This document shows positions 17,812 to 18,351 of a stretch of DNA of 18,351 nucleotides, piece after piece (position 1 is the first letter of the stretch; each line of letters begins with the position of its first letter). The position numbers and the translations under genes were made by a program. The notes under the pieces are model-generated. The model was given only the letters and a program-made list of their open reading frames with translations. It had not been told where the DNA came from and made no database searches. Origin of the DNA: Carpediemonas membranifera BICM (lineage: Eukaryota > Protista > Fornicata); contig JAHDYR010000026.1 of NCBI GenBank assembly GCA_019828565.1, forward strand, positions 1 to 18,351, given 5' to 3'.

Positions 17812-18351
17812 AGAAAGAAAAGAAAGAAATTTACGTTTGCCTGGTATCAGGCCCCGGACTGAGCTTGCTTTCCCATTATCCTGGAGCTGAGTGCTCCGGG
17901 GCACGGCCGCCACCCTCCACTGAGCTGTCAGCTGCGCTCAGCTTGGGCTTTGGTGCTACTGTCACTGCTTAGTCCCGATTCCAATCGCCCCAGAGGCCCT
18001 TCGGCCTTCTCCGTGCATCTCTGCTTTCCTGCCTCCCTGGGAGTCCGGCAACTGTCCAGGGAGTCTGGGGGTCTGTCATCGGAGCCCGTGACAGGCAGGT
18101 TCGTCCTGCAAGGCCTCAGCTATAGCGTCCTCTGTTTCCCTGCTGTCTCTGCATCGTCGTTCAACTACGGCACCTTCTCATCTTTCTAGTTGCCTCTGAT
18201 CCGTGCCCCCTGCGGCCCTGTTAAGTGACCAACCCGAAGGCGGGGAAAGTCGCCGAGTCTCTGGAGTCTACCCCGGTTAGGTGGCGTGGGTCAGCGGCAG
18301 CCCCAAGCGCTAGGCCCGGTTGTCCCTGTTACCCCTTACTCCAGTTCTCTC
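17812..18351 (-). mobile_element. Diverged copy of the non-LTR element 3' UTR with TTTC-type tail; continues beyond the window
   Basis: Reverse complement aligns block by block with ~4929-5548. The GAAA-repeat tail at 17812-17829 interrupts gypsy RT after ALIHAPI. Confidence 0.92.

Overview
Eukaryotic, gene-dense, apparently intron-poor DNA (unicellular protist-like; this is an inference) dominated by nested retrotransposons. It contains: (1) a non-LTR (LINE-like) element, ~1390-5548, with a single 935-aa RT ORF. Its APE endonuclease is reduced to an apparently dead C-terminal vestige. It has a hairpin-rich leader, a ~850-nt 3' UTR with covarying stems, a (TTTC)5 tail instead of poly(A), and a strongly repeated GCTATCAG motif. 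Two diverged copies of its 3' end lie on the minus strand (6631-6814 and 17812-end), and each truncates a Ty3/gypsy pol remnant. (2) A full-length chromodomain-bearing Ty3/gypsy element, 8312-12985, with identical LTRs of only 54 bp, a GAGAC TSD, a PPT and no canonical tRNA PBS. It sits immediately upstream of a Bub2/Cdc16-like TBC gene. (3) Two decayed gypsy elements, one with a candidate ~51-bp LTR. (4) Minus-strand host genes: Bub2-like GAP, SF1/BBP, a possible SNRNP27-like protein, and a bacterial-looking HAD phosphatase. No rRNA, tRNA or CRISPR was seen. All family calls are by eye from motifs; no searches were run.
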